Notes: a model not told the origin generated them from the sequence alone. Shown: positions 27,828 to 38,016, counted from the stretch's first letter. The stretch: DNA of 64,000 bases from Elusimicrobiota bacterium (GCA_021730935.1 JAKFYJ010000021.1:22451-86450); one strand, 5' to 3'. Numbers and translations: made by a program.

Positions 27828-28428
27828 GGGGCGTCAAAAGAACGTTGAAATGCTTTTTGAATTGGTTTTGGAGCGCCGTCACGGTTTCGGGATTCAGCGC
27901 AATCTGGATGGACCCCTGGTGGAGGGCTTTGTTTTTTTCGCGCCACTGGGCGCCGCCCACGATTTTCTTTCCGTTCAGAGTGAGGTCATAACAAACCGCG
28001 CTCGTGAAACACCATCCGTTGTCCGCATCTTTCTGGCAGGCCATAGTGGTTTCGATTCCGAGCTCTTTCAAACCTTCAGCGATCCAGGTGTGGATCGCGT
28101 TATATGATTCCTTGACGTTCCATGGGATCGACTGAGTTTCTTTGTTCCAAAAAAGCGAGAAGCATAGGTCTTCGCGATGTTCCACCATGCCGCCTCCGCT
28201 GGGCCTTCCCACCACCATGATGCCGCGTTGGAGGAACGACCTTTCAATGTCGGAATCAATGCCTTGCGTGCGGCCGAAACTGACCGCGGGTTTGGACCAG
28301 CGATAAAATCTCAGAGTGGGAAGAGAAAATGTCTGAAAAAGTTTCCGGTCCCTGTCCATGGTTTGGAAGGGAGGCTCAGAAAGATAGGGAAGTGTGTTCC
28401 AGGTCTCGAGTGTTTTTGAAGGGATCAC
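27820..28428 (-). CDS. lipoate-protein ligase / octanoyltransferase family protein (BPL/LPL catalytic domain)
   Basis: KIVGGAQWREKNKALHQGS and RFYRWSKPAVSFG motifs. Likely GTG start at 28428, overlapping the gcvPB TGA as GTGA. The longer annotated ORF 27820..28779 overlaps gcvPB and was trimmed. Confidence 0.6.
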   Translation of the reverse strand: MIPSKTLETWNTLPYLSEPPFQTMDRDRKLFQTFSLPTLRFYRWSKPAVSFGRTQGIDSDIERSFLQRGIMVVGRPSGGGMVEHREDLCFSLFWNKETQSIPWNVKESYNAIHTWIAEGLKELGIETTMACQKDADNGWCFTSAVCYDLTLNGKKIVGGAQWREKNKALHQGSIQIALNPETVTALQNQFKKHFNVLLTPHE

Positions 28429-29897
28429 TTGGCCAGAGCTTCCTGGCTTTGGGCTTCCGGCGACCATCGGAGGATGGGGTTGCGGGCGGCCGTCACTTCG
28501 TCCAATCTCCTCACGGGAGTCGTGTGGGGCGCGGTCTGGACCATGGCCGGGTTTGTTTTGGCTTCGTCCATGATCTTGTTCATGGCTCTCACAAATTCGT
28601 CCATCGTTTTTTTGGATTCCGTTTCGGTGGGCTCCACCATCATGGCTTCCGGCACGATCAAAGGGAAATAAACCGTCGGGGCATAGAACCCATAATCCAA
28701 AAGCCTTTTTACGATGTCCAATGTTCTTATTCCGGACTTGGCGTATTCGCTGGCCGACAAAACGCATTCGTGCATGCAATGCTCGTCGATATAGGGCTTG
28801 AAAAGACCTTTGAGGTGGGACAAAAGATAATTCGCATTGATGATCGCGTTTTCGCTGACAGACCTCAGTCCATCGTGGCCAAGGGTGGCGATATAGGTGT
28901 AAGCCCGGACAAGCGCTCCGCTGTTCCCGAAGAAGGCGCGCAATTGGCCGATGGAGGTTTTTGAATCCGTGACCAGATTAAACTGCTTGTCTTTCTTCTC
29001 GATGCGGGGCATGGGCAAAAACTTTTCCAGATATTTTTTTACACCCACAGGTCCTGCTCCCGGGCCGCCGCCGCCGTGGGGGACGCTGAATGTTTTGTGG
29101 AGGTTCAGGTGCATGATGTCGAATCCGAGTCTCGCCGGTTCCACGAGGCCGACGAGAGCGTTGAAGTTGGCTCCGTCCATATATAAAAGCGCTCCGGCCT
29201 TGTGCACGAGGTCCGCCACTTCCTGAATTTCGTCTTCAAATAGACCGAGGGTGTTGGGACAGGTGATCATGACAAGGGAAACGTCAGGGCCCAGGGCTTC
29301 CGCCAAGGCTTTCTTGTTGACTCTCCCTTTGTCGTTAGAGGGAATGGAATGAACGGAATATCCCGCCAACGCCGCGCTCGCCGGGTTGGTTCCGTGCGCG
29401 CTGTCCGGGACCAGCACTTTGGTGCGTTTCTCTCCGCGCGCGTCAAAATAAGCATGAGCCACGAGGAGTCCTGCCAGTTCGCCTTGAGCGCCGGCCGCGG
29501 GGTGAAGACTGAAAGCATCCATTCCCGTGAGGTCGCACAAGGATCGTTCCAGGTTCCACATGAGCTCGAGAGTTCCCTGCATGGTCTCGGATGTCTGATA
29601 AGGGTGAACGCCTGTGAATCCTGCGAACATGGAAGTTTTATCGTTAATCTTGGGATTATATTTCATGGTGCAGGACCCGAGGGGATAAAAATTCGTGTCT
29701 GCGGAAAAATTGAGCTGGGAGAGCCGGGTGAAATGGCGCACCACGTCGAATTCCGAAACTTCAGGGAGCCCTGCAAGTTTTTTGCGTTTCCACTTTTCGG
29801 GGACGGCGGCTTTCGTGGAGGATTTTTTGAGGGGGAACGCCGCGCCTCTCCTTCCGGGAACGCTGGTTTCGAATATCAAAGGATGTTTTGGGGTCAT
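28425..29897 (-). CDS. gcvPB: glycine dehydrogenase (decarboxylating) subunit 2
   Basis: PLP-dependent GcvPB sequence (MTPKHPLIFETSVPGRRG... N-terminus). The start overlaps the gcvPA stop (ATGA). Confidence 0.9.
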   Translation of the reverse strand: MTPKHPLIFETSVPGRRGAAFPLKKSSTKAAVPEKWKRKKLAGLPEVSEFDVVRHFTRLSQLNFSADTNFYPLGSCTMKYNPKINDKTSMFAGFTGVHPYQTSETMQGTLELMWNLERSLCDLTGMDAFSLHPAAGAQGELAGLLVAHAYFDARGEKRTKVLVPDSAHGTNPASAALAGYSVHSIPSNDKGRVNKKALAEALGPDVSLVMITCPNTLGLFEDEIQEVADLVHKAGALLYMDGANFNALVGLVEPARLGFDIMHLNLHKTFSVPHGGGGPGAGPVGVKKYLEKFLPMPRIEKKDKQFNLVTDSKTSIGQLRAFFGNSGALVRAYTYIATLGHDGLRSVSENAIINANYLLSHLKGLFKPYIDEHCMHECVLSASEYAKSGIRTLDIVKRLLDYGFYAPTVYFPLIVPEAMMVEPTETESKKTMDEFVRAMNKIMDEAKTNPAMVQTAPHTTPVRRLDEVTAARNPILRWSPEAQSQEALAK

Positions 29898-31237
29898 CGG
29901 ATTTTCCTCAGGGTTTCGGAGAGTTTTTCGATATCGTCCGGCATGATCATTTCCGTGGCGCAATAAAGGACACAGCCTTTCAGTTCCGGATAATAGGGTT
30001 CGAGAGCCAATCCTCCAACGATGCCGGCTTTGCGGAGCGCTTTGTTAATTTTCTCCGGCGAGGCTTTTGATCGGATCACAAATTCGTTGAAGAAAGGCGC
30101 TGAAAAGACTTCGGAAAATCCCTTGATCTTGGCGATCGCTTCTTTCGTCTCATGAGCGCGGTTGAAATTGAGCTGGGCGCATTCCTTGAGCCCCTGAGGG
30201 CCGAGCACGGAAAGATATATGGTGGAGGCCAGAGCCATGAGAGCTTCGTTCGTGCAGATGTTGGAAGTGGCTTTTTCCCGCCGGATATGTTGCTCGCGGG
30301 TCTGGAGGGTCAGAGTGAATCCGCGTTTGCCGTTCAGATCTTTGGTCATGCCGCAGACGCGTCCGGGCATTTTTCGCACGTGAGAGAATTTGCAGGAAAA
30401 GAGTCCCAGGTTGGGCCCGCCGAAATTCATTGGAATGCCGAGCGGCTGGCCTTCGCCTGTCGCCACATCCGCGCCATATTCTCCAGGAGGCGCGAGCAGT
30501 CCCAGAGACATGGGGTTGGCGCTCACCACGAAAAGGGCGCCGGATTTTTTTGCCGCATGGCCCATCTGTTCGCCTTCTTCAAGGATGCCGAAAAAATTGG
30601 GAGACTGGATCATCACACAGGCGGTGTCGCTGTCGATCTTTGATTCAAGATCCTTCATGGACGTTTGGCCGTTTTCAATGGCAATTTCTTCCACGGAAAA
30701 ACTTTTGCTGTAGGTTTGGATCACTTTTCTGTATTCCGGATGCACGGCGCGGGAGACAAGGATTTTTTTGCGGCCCGTCTCTCGCACCGCCAGCAAAGCC
30801 GCTTCCGCCAGAGCGGAGGCTCCGTCATAAAGAGAAGCGTTGGCCACATCCATGCCATAAAGCTCCGCGATCATGGTTTGATATTCAAAAGTCGCCTGGA
30901 GAGTTCCCTGGCTGGCTTCGGGCTGATAAGGCGTGTATGCCGTGATGAATTCGCCTCTCGTGATCAGAGAAGGCACGACGGCTGGAATAAAATGGTTATA
31001 AACTCCTGCTCCAAGGAAACAGGCTTTTTTGCCCGCCGGCTCATTTTTGTGGGCCAGGGCTGAGAGATGAGCGTCCACTTCCATCTCCGTCAGGCCGTCC
31101 TGAAGCGTCTGTTTTTTCGTGTGGGAATAGATCGCGTTCTTGGGGATGTTTTTGATCAGGTCTTCAAATTTGGAGACGCCGATCTCGGCTAAAAGTTCTT
31201 TGCGTTCCTTCTCGGTGTTGGCGACGTATTGCATGTT
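29894..31237 (-). CDS. gcvPA: glycine dehydrogenase (decarboxylating) subunit 1
   Basis: Starts MQYVANTEKERKELLAEIG...; the true start lies inside the longer annotated ORF. Confidence 0.9.
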   Translation of the reverse strand, partial: NMQYVANTEKERKELLAEIGVSKFEDLIKNIPKNAIYSHTKKQTLQDGLTEMEVDAHLSALAHKNEPAGKKACFLGAGVYNHFIPAVVPSLITRGEFITAYTPYQPEASQGTLQATFEYQTMIAELYGMDVANASLYDGASALAEAALLAVRETGRKKILVSRAVHPEYRKVIQTYSKSFSVEEIAIENGQTSMKDLESKIDSDTACVMIQSPNFFGILEEGEQMGHAAKKSGALFVVSANPMSLGLLAPPGEYGADVATGEGQPLGIPMNFGGPNLGLFSCKFSHVRKMPGRVCGMTKDLNGKRGFTLTLQTREQHIRREKATSNICTNEALMALASTIYLSVLGPQGLKECAQLNFNRAHETKEAIAKIKGFSEVFSAPFFNEFVIRSKASPEKINKALRKAGIVGGLALEPYYPELKGCVLYCATEMIMPDDIEKLSETLRKIR

Positions 31238-31245
31238 GAAAGTCC

Positions 31246-31632
31246 TTAATGGTGTCCGGCTTCGGATTTCAGGAATTCCAGATACTGGTCGTGCGTCATC
31301 AATTCCTTGAGGTCTCCGGCGTTCGCGATGTCCAGCTTGAAAAGCCATCCGTCTCCATAGGGCGATTTGTTGACGAGCTCGGGATTTTTGGAAACCTTGT
31401 CATTCACTGCGGCAACTTTTCCGGAAACGGGCGCATAAATGGGGAAAGCGGCTTTCACGGATTCGAGGGTCGCGATTTCGCCTTCCTTCTGGGCGGCTTT
31501 GCCTGCCTGCGGGAGATCCACAAACACCACGTCCGTCACTTCTTTCTGGGCGTGGTCCGAAATGCCGACGGTGCCGTCGGGAGAAATCCATTCGTGAGAT
31601 TTTGCGAAGCGTAATTTAGAGGTGTCTTGCAT
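31246..31632 (-). CDS. gcvH: glycine cleavage system H protein (lipoyl carrier)
   Basis: 128 aa containing the lipoyl-lysine motif ESVKAA. Confidence 0.9.
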   Translation of the reverse strand: MQDTSKLRFAKSHEWISPDGTVGISDHAQKEVTDVVFVDLPQAGKAAQKEGEIATLESVKAAFPIYAPVSGKVAAVNDKVSKNPELVNKSPYGDGWLFKLDIANAGDLKELMTHDQYLEFLKSEAGHH

Positions 31633-31647
31633 AGAATTGATCCTTTC

Positions 31648-32724
31648 TTAGTTTTTGCTTCCCGTATAAAACGGCAATTTTACAATCTCTGCGGCCACGG
31701 GTTTTCCGTTGCATTCAATCGCAAACTTTCCGGAGAGTCCTGTTGGAACATAACCCATCGCGATGCCTGTTTTCAGAGTAGGCGAATAAGTCCCGCTGTT
31801 CAGTTCCCCGACGGCTTTCCCGTCGCACAAAATTTTAAATCCGTGTCTCGGGATTCCCCGGTCCGTCATCTTGAAAGCGGTCAGCTTTTGTTTGAGTCCT
31901 CTGTTTTTCTGCTCAAGCAGGGCCTGTTTTCCGATAAAATCACCCTTCTCAAATTTTACGACCCACGAAACTCCGGCTTCGAGCGGAGAGTGATTGTCGT
32001 CGATGTCGTTGCCGTAGAGAAGATATCCCGCTTCGAGCCTCAAAGTGTCTCTCGCCCCCAACCCGCAGGGCAATATCCCGAAAGTTTGGCCTTCTTTCAT
32101 CACGGCGTCCGTTAAATTTTCAATGATCCCGTTCGGGGCGACAATTTCCACGCCGTCTTCGCCCGTATATCCCGTCCGGCATATAAAAACTTTCTGATTG
32201 CTGAAAACTGTTTCTGAAACCTGGTGCCGCTCAGGGACTTTGAATAGCTTTGAGATGACCGCGACCGCTTGAGGCCCCTGAACCGCGATCATGCTCCATT
32301 TGTCGCTCTCGTTGTGAACAGTGACCGAGGGACGCCCGTGCGAAAGCATCCATTGGAAATCTTTTTCTGCAGTCGAAGCGTTGACCACCACGAGATATTT
32401 TGTCGGGAATTTCAAACAATATACAAAAATATCATCGATCACGCCACCTTGGGGGTTGCAGAGGTGGGAATACATGGCTTTGCCCTCCGCGCACTTTGAG
32501 AGGTCGTTCGTGCAGAGGTTTTGGAGGAACGGCAAGGCTTCTGCGCCTTCAACAAAAACCTGTCCCATGTGGGAAATGTCAAAAATTCCGACCCCGTTTC
32601 TCACTGCCAGATGCTCCTGCATGATGCTGGTGTATTGAACCGGCATTTCCCATCCGGCAAATTCTGTGAACCTTGCGCCGCGGCGTTTGTTCCATTCGTA
32701 AAGTGGGGTTCTCTTAGATGACAT
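31648..32724 (-). CDS. gcvT: glycine cleavage system aminomethyltransferase T
   Basis: 358 aa with GcvT N-terminus ...TPLYEWNKRRGARFTEFAGWEMPVQY. Confidence 0.9.
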   Translation of the reverse strand: MSSKRTPLYEWNKRRGARFTEFAGWEMPVQYTSIMQEHLAVRNGVGIFDISHMGQVFVEGAEALPFLQNLCTNDLSKCAEGKAMYSHLCNPQGGVIDDIFVYCLKFPTKYLVVVNASTAEKDFQWMLSHGRPSVTVHNESDKWSMIAVQGPQAVAVISKLFKVPERHQVSETVFSNQKVFICRTGYTGEDGVEIVAPNGIIENLTDAVMKEGQTFGILPCGLGARDTLRLEAGYLLYGNDIDDNHSPLEAGVSWVVKFEKGDFIGKQALLEQKNRGLKQKLTAFKMTDRGIPRHGFKILCDGKAVGELNSGTYSPTLKTGIAMGYVPTGLSGKFAIECNGKPVAAEIVKLPFYTGSKN

Positions 32725-33595
32725 GGTTTAACATTTCTCCCGCGTGATAAGACGATCTCACCAAAGGCCCACAGAACACATGGTCAAATGGAAACTGTTC
32801 CGCTGATTCTTTGATGGCTTTGAATTCATCCGAAGTATAAAATTTTTCTATGGGCAGATGTTCCTTGGAGGGTTGGAGATATTGCCCCACTGTCACCAGA
32901 TGGACTCCTGCGTCATATAAATCAGAAAAAGCAGTGCCCAGCTCCTCAAAAGTTTCCCCAAGCCCCACCATCACTCCAGATTTTATCTTTATGCCTTTGC
33001 TTGTTTGAGACGCCGTCTTAAGCATATAAAGAGAGCGATCATAGGTGGCTTTGGAACGGACTTTGGGAGTGAGCCGCCGCACCGTTTCGAGGTTGTGGTT
33101 GAACACGTCCGGCCTGCTTTCAAGCACGGTCTGCAGAGATTCTACGCGCCCTTCAAAATCGCTCGTCAAAACTTCGATGGTCGCAAAAGGCAGGCCTTGT
33201 TTGAGGGTTCTCACAGTTTCGGCAAATTGGCTTGCCCCGCCTTCATAAAGATCGTCTCTCGCTGGGGCCGTGATCACAATGTGGGTGAGGTTCAGCCTTT
33301 GGGCGGCGTCCAAGATTCTTTGAGGTTCCGTTGCGTCCACGCCCATGGGTTTGCCGGTTTTCTCCGCGCAGAACCCGCACCGTCTCGTGCAGATGTCTCC
33401 CAGGATTTGAAATGTGAGAGTCCCCTTGGCATAACATTCCGTCCTGTTGGGACACTTGGCTTCTTCGCAGACCGTGTTGAGGCGGAATTTGTCCAAAGTT
33501 TCCGTCAAATTAAAATAGGTCGGGCCTCCGGGAATTTTTTGCCGGAATTCCTTCGGCAAAGGCGATGGGCGAAGCACGGTCAAGCGGGAACTCAT
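32714..33595 (-). CDS. lipA: lipoyl synthase (radical SAM)
   Basis: CEEAKCPNRTEC and CTRRCGFC cysteine clusters. Confidence 0.9.
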   Translation of the reverse strand: MSSRLTVLRPSPLPKEFRQKIPGGPTYFNLTETLDKFRLNTVCEEAKCPNRTECYAKGTLTFQILGDICTRRCGFCAEKTGKPMGVDATEPQRILDAAQRLNLTHIVITAPARDDLYEGGASQFAETVRTLKQGLPFATIEVLTSDFEGRVESLQTVLESRPDVFNHNLETVRRLTPKVRSKATYDRSLYMLKTASQTSKGIKIKSGVMVGLGETFEELGTAFSDLYDAGVHLVTVGQYLQPSKEHLPIEKFYTSDEFKAIKESAEQFPFDHVFCGPLVRSSYHAGEMLNHVI

Positions 33596-34953
33596 CGTTC
33601 CATGGCTCCTTTGATGCCTTCAGCAAATGTCGGATGAGCAAAAATCACGTCTTTGATGTCTTTCTTGGTGAGCCCGCCTTTGATGGCGACGGAAATAATG
33701 TGAATGAGTTCAGTCGCGTGGGGGCCGATGATTTGGGCGCCCAGAATTTTTTCCGAAGCTTTGTCTATGATGATCTGGATAAACCCTTCCGTGTCGCCTT
33801 CCGCGAGAGCGCGCCCTGAAGCGCCGAAAAAGAATCTTTGACTCTTGGTTTCGATATTTTTTTCCTGCGCCTGATGCGCCCAGAGTCCCACGGAAGCCAC
33901 TTCCGGCCAGGTATAAAGGCATCTCGGAACGAGGGCCCCGTCATATTCTTTGGATTCTCCCGTGATGTTGGACGCCGCAATTTCGCCTTGAGCGGATCCG
34001 GCGTGAGCGAGGAGAGAAAGACCCGTGACATCTCCGGCCGCATAGATATCGGGATTGGAGGTCTGCATATTCGGATTGACTTCAATGCCTTTGGGGGAAA
34101 ATTTGACGGAAGCGTTTTCCAGGCCCAGCATGTCGAGTTTCGGACGCCGCCCGACGCAAGCCAGGACTTGAGCCGTCTCCATGACCGTCCCGTTTGAGAG
34201 GGTTAGCCGCCAGTTCAGCTGGTGTCGTTCCATTTTGTCTATGGTTGTTGAATCTTTGACCGTGATTCCGCGCTGTTCAAATGATTTTCTGAGGACATTA
34301 ACGATCTGCGGGTCTTCTCCGGGCAGGAGGTTCGCGGTTTTCTCGATGATCGTGACCTGCACGCCCATTTCGTCCAGAAGGCAGGCGAACTCGCACCCGA
34401 TGGCGCCGCCGCCCACAATAACGATATTCTCGGGCAGGTTTTCAACGTCAAAAATGGTGTCGCTGTTGAGGATGTTTTTGACATGCGCATCCAGAGGGGG
34501 AGGGAATATGGGAGATGACCCTGCGGCGATCACAGCCTTGTCGAAAGTCAGAGTCTGGGTTTTTCCGTCAGCTGTGACCTGGATAGAATTTTTTGAGAGA
34601 AATTTGGCTTCGCCTTTGAGCACCTTGGCGCCGGACAAAGCGATGGATTTTTCATCGTCGCCGCGCAGAGTTTCCACGACCTTGGCTTTGCGTTTCCGCA
34701 TGGCGTTCCAAAGGGCGCTTCTGTCTGAGGGGGAATCCAGCGGAACGGCCGTTCGGGACTGGGAGATGACTTCTTTTAAGTCGCGTATCTTCTTGCCATA
34801 GGCGAGGAGAGTTTTGGAGGGGATGCATCCCCAGTTCAGGCAAACGCCGCCCACATGACCTTTTTCGATCAAGGTGACGGAAATTTTTTTCCTGGCGGCA
34901 GATTTCGCGGCGGCCTCGCCTGCGGGGCCGGCTCCGATAACAATGAGGTTCAA
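33592..34953 (-). CDS. lpd: dihydrolipoyl dehydrogenase
   Basis: GAGPAG FAD fold, redox-active CLNWGCIPSK motif, 453 aa. Confidence 0.9.
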   Translation of the reverse strand: MNLIVIGAGPAGEAAAKSAARKKISVTLIEKGHVGGVCLNWGCIPSKTLLAYGKKIRDLKEVISQSRTAVPLDSPSDRSALWNAMRKRKAKVVETLRGDDEKSIALSGAKVLKGEAKFLSKNSIQVTADGKTQTLTFDKAVIAAGSSPIFPPPLDAHVKNILNSDTIFDVENLPENIVIVGGGAIGCEFACLLDEMGVQVTIIEKTANLLPGEDPQIVNVLRKSFEQRGITVKDSTTIDKMERHQLNWRLTLSNGTVMETAQVLACVGRRPKLDMLGLENASVKFSPKGIEVNPNMQTSNPDIYAAGDVTGLSLLAHAGSAQGEIAASNITGESKEYDGALVPRCLYTWPEVASVGLWAHQAQEKNIETKSQRFFFGASGRALAEGDTEGFIQIIIDKASEKILGAQIIGPHATELIHIISVAIKGGLTKKDIKDVIFAHPTFAEGIKGAMER

Positions 34954-34967
34954 GTGATTTATGTTTT

Positions 34968-36155
34968 TTAGTCTACGGGTGAAAATGTTCCGTCTTTAAC
35001 GAGATAAACGGTCACGGCTTTATTTTTTGTGTCGCCTTTCTCGTCAAATTCTGTGTGGCCCAGCACCCCGTCATATTTCAGGGTCTTCAAAAATTCAATG
35101 ATTTTGGATTTGTCCACTTCCGTTGAAGCGGGGTCCTTGATTCCGGCTTTCTCCAGCGCCAGGGCCGCGATCATGGTTGCCTCATAGGTGTAATGGTCAT
35201 AGGGCTGCATGTCGGTGTTGGGATAAGCCGCCTTATATTTATCCAGATATTCTTTCGCGGACGGAATCCGTTCGGGAGGGACTCCGACATTGGTCACATA
35301 GCATCCGCTTGCCGCGCTTCCGGCGATCTTAAAAAACTCCGAGCTCTGGAGCGCGTCGCCCGAAAAGAAAACCGAGCTCATTCCCAGTTCCCGCGCCTGC
35401 TTCACGATGAGTCCGCCTTCGTTATAGATGCCGCCGAAATAAATCGCGTCCGGCTTTGTGGACTTGATGCGGGTGAGCAAAGCTTTGAAATCTTTTTCGC
35501 CGATGGATATGCCGTCAAAGGATTTGACGTTTCCGCCCTTGAGCTTGAATTCCTTGGCAAACTCTTCCGAGAGTCCCTGGCCATAAGGCGTCTTGTCGTG
35601 GATGACCGCGACACTCCCGAGTTTGAGCTTCTTAAGGATGAAATTGGCCGCGAACTGGCCCTGAACGTCGTCGGTGGTGTTGACCCTGAAAATATTTTTC
35701 GGCCATTTCCATGACGGGTCCATCTGCTGTTGCGTGAGCTTGGGGTTTGTGGCGGCGGGCGTGATCATGGCCAAATTGGCTTTGGCATAAACTTGCGCCG
35801 CGGGAATGGAACAGCCGGAGTTGAGGTGCCCGATCACAACGGAAATCGCCGAGTCCGAGACGATCTGGTTGGCGACATTGACCGCTTCTTTCGGGTCGGC
35901 CCGGTCATCAAATGATCTCAACTCAATTTTATACTTAAAACGGCCGGAATCGTTGGCATCTTTGACCGCAAGTTCCGCTCCGCGTTTCATGCCTTGCCCC
36001 ATGGCCGCGATGTCGCCCGTGATGGGCACAGCCAGAGCGAGACGATAAGTTTTTTCTTTGGGGGAACAGGCAACGGCGAGCCCCAGGAGAGGCAGGACGG
36101 CAAAAAGTTTTTTCATGAGTGGGTTTATGCTATCAATTCCCGAACTTAGGGTCAA
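34968..36155 (-). CDS. branched-chain amino acid ABC transporter substrate-binding lipoprotein (LivJ/K family)
   Basis: Lipoprotein signal ...LAVACSP followed by a type-I periplasmic binding fold. Confidence 0.75.
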   Translation of the reverse strand: MTLSSGIDSINPLMKKLFAVLPLLGLAVACSPKEKTYRLALAVPITGDIAAMGQGMKRGAELAVKDANDSGRFKYKIELRSFDDRADPKEAVNVANQIVSDSAISVVIGHLNSGCSIPAAQVYAKANLAMITPAATNPKLTQQQMDPSWKWPKNIFRVNTTDDVQGQFAANFILKKLKLGSVAVIHDKTPYGQGLSEEFAKEFKLKGGNVKSFDGISIGEKDFKALLTRIKSTKPDAIYFGGIYNEGGLIVKQARELGMSSVFFSGDALQSSEFFKIAGSAASGCYVTNVGVPPERIPSAKEYLDKYKAAYPNTDMQPYDHYTYEATMIAALALEKAGIKDPASTEVDKSKIIEFLKTLKYDGVLGHTEFDEKGDTKNKAVTVYLVKDGTFSPVD

Positions 36156-37045
36156 GACAGCAGTTCTTTGAGGGCGCTCTCCAGGGAGGGATGCTGAAAA
36201 ACATATCCGGACGATTTGAGTTTGGCGGACTCCACTTTCGCTCCGGCCAGCAAAAGCTCGTCGGCCATTTCCCCGAAAGCGAGGCGCGCCGCGAAGGCCG
36301 GCATGGGGAAAATTGTGGGGCGACGCAAAACTTTGCCGAGGGTTTTTGTGAATTCGAGGTTGGTCACAGGGGCGGGCGCCGTCACATTCACGGGGCCTCG
36401 GACCGATTCCGTGTTCATCACATGTGTTATGGCTCCAACGGCATCGTCAATGGAGATCCAGCTCATATATTGTTTCCCCGAGCCGATGACTCCGCCCAAT
36501 CCCATCCTGAAAGGAAAAAGCATTTTGGCCAGGGCGCCGCCTTGCGCGCTCAGGATGATCCCAAACCTTAAATTCACCACGCGGACTCCGTTCTTCGCCG
36601 CGGGCTGGGCCGCAGATTCCCATTCTTTGCATATTTTTGAGAGGAAAAGAGAGCCGATGGAGCTGTCTTCGGTGAGGATTTCTGCGCCGCGGTCGCCATA
36701 AAACCCGATGGCGGATGCGCAGAGAAAAATTTTGGGCGGACGGGAAAGTTTGGCGAGCGTTTCCGAAAGGAGCTGGGTTCCGTTCACTCGGCTGTCGCGG
36801 ATTTTTTTCTTTTGAGCTTCGCTCCACCTCGCGCCCGCGATGCTTTCTCCTGCCAGGTGAACAACCGCGTCGAACCCTTCAAGGGACTGCGCGTTGATTG
36901 CGCCTTTTTCCGGATCCCAATAAATTTCGTCCGGATTTTTGGACGGGACCCGCACGAGTTTGGAGACAAGGTCGCCGCGCCGCAGAAGCTGAGGGGTGAG
37001 GGCTTTCGCCACGAGTCCTGAAGAGCCGGATAGGAGTATTTTCAT
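36152..37045 (-). CDS. TIGR01777-family NAD-dependent epimerase/dehydratase-like protein (YfcH-like)
   Basis: N-terminal Rossmann fold ILLSGSSGLVAKAL with a C-terminal DUF1731-like region. Confidence 0.65.
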   Translation of the reverse strand: MKILLSGSSGLVAKALTPQLLRRGDLVSKLVRVPSKNPDEIYWDPEKGAINAQSLEGFDAVVHLAGESIAGARWSEAQKKKIRDSRVNGTQLLSETLAKLSRPPKIFLCASAIGFYGDRGAEILTEDSSIGSLFLSKICKEWESAAQPAAKNGVRVVNLRFGIILSAQGGALAKMLFPFRMGLGGVIGSGKQYMSWISIDDAVGAITHVMNTESVRGPVNVTAPAPVTNLEFTKTLGKVLRRPTIFPMPAFAARLAFGEMADELLLAGAKVESAKLKSSGYVFQHPSLESALKELLS

Positions 37046-37048
37046 GCG

Positions 37049-37396
37049 TTATCTGTATCTTAACACAAAAAACATTCCGATCAACAGGACGGGGAGAATG
37101 ATGATTTGAGAAAGAGCCTGCGCCCTGGGAAGAGTTTCTTTGCCGGCGAAAATATTCCAGGTGCTTTTCCACCCTCTGACGACGGTCCACCACGCAAGCC
37201 CCATGCCTGCCGCGATCATGAAGGCGTTTCGGTCCGCCATGCGCGAAGACCCCTGCCACCGCAAAGTGACGTCGCCATAAAGATTGACGGTCCCCTCCCA
37301 AACAATCGAGAGGGAAATGGCGGAGAGAGCAAGGAGGATGACGGAACGGCTGATCGCCGCCGCCACCGCCAGCTTTCTGGGTGTTTCTGTGTTCAT
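37049..37396 (-). CDS. small membrane protein (hypothetical)
   Basis: 115 aa with three hydrophobic helices. Confidence 0.35.
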   Translation of the reverse strand: MNTETPRKLAVAAAISRSVILLALSAISLSIVWEGTVNLYGDVTLRWQGSSRMADRNAFMIAAGMGLAWWTVVRGWKSTWNIFAGKETLPRAQALSQIIILPVLLIGMFFVLRYR

Positions 37397-37435
37397 GGGA
37401 TGAAAGGATGATAAGACATCAAAGGAAAAACTATT

Positions 37436-37509
37436 CGGGGTCGACGGGATTCGAACCCGCGATCTCTGCCTTGACAGGGCAGCATGTTAGGCCGCTACAC
37501 CACGACCCC
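37436..37509 (-). tRNA. tRNA-Asp (anticodon GTC)
   Basis: Reverse complement GGGGTCGTGGTGTAGCGG...CTGCC-CTGTCAA-GGCAG...GGTTCGAATCCCGTCGACCCCG: cloverleaf with 7-bp acceptor stem and GTC in the anticodon loop. No encoded CCA. Confidence 0.85.
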
Positions 37510-37544
37510 AGGAAGCCGTAAATCATATCAAATGGGCTGTTTCT

Positions 37545-37940
37545 TTACAAGGACGGGGGCTGTTTGAGTTCCAGCCGGAGCGCTTCGAGCGATTCGTTCA
37601 CTTCGCGGATGAACATCACGAGCGCGCTCACCATCAGGAAAAGGCAGGCGGCGAACAAAGCGGCGATGAAGACGGAAGCGTCCACCGCGAGAATTTCGGC
37701 TGAGAAAATTGTGATGATGAGGAGCGCCGCGGTCAGGGCGCTTGAGGACGCGAGGATGATGGCGATGCGGATCAGCCGCGCCCGTTTCCATAAAATGGCC
37801 AATTGTTTGGGATCGGTCAGTTCCCGCGCCCGGTCGATGGTCCGGCCCAGGCGGTTCGTCATGGTGAGCAAGAGAAGCCCCACTCCGGAAATTAAAATCG
37901 CCGGGCTGATCGCGGTCTGGAGGATGGGAATGAGGTTCAT
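37545..37940 (-). CDS. DUF2721 family membrane protein
   Basis: 131 aa with a DUF2721-like helix arrangement. Confidence 0.55.
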   Translation of the reverse strand: MNLIPILQTAISPAILISGVGLLLLTMTNRLGRTIDRARELTDPKQLAILWKRARLIRIAIILASSSALTAALLIITIFSAEILAVDASVFIAALFAACLFLMVSALVMFIREVNESLEALRLELKQPPSL

Positions 37941-38016
37941 GGGTTTATTCTACTTCAAATTTTAGCGTTTGTCTGCATTGAAACTCAGCCCCCAATCATG
38001 ATAAACTCGTCGGGCC

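Noticed and set aside
28429-28779. Upstream part of ORF 27820..28779 (lipoate ligase-like)
   Set aside because: It overlaps the 3' end of gcvPB out of frame. Ligase homology begins only after the GTG at 28428.
32714-32730. Expected glycine riboswitch upstream of gcvT
   Set aside because: Only 5 nt separate lipA and gcvT. No GGAGAG...ACCGAAGGGGCAA-like aptamer was seen anywhere upstream within the co-directional gene run.
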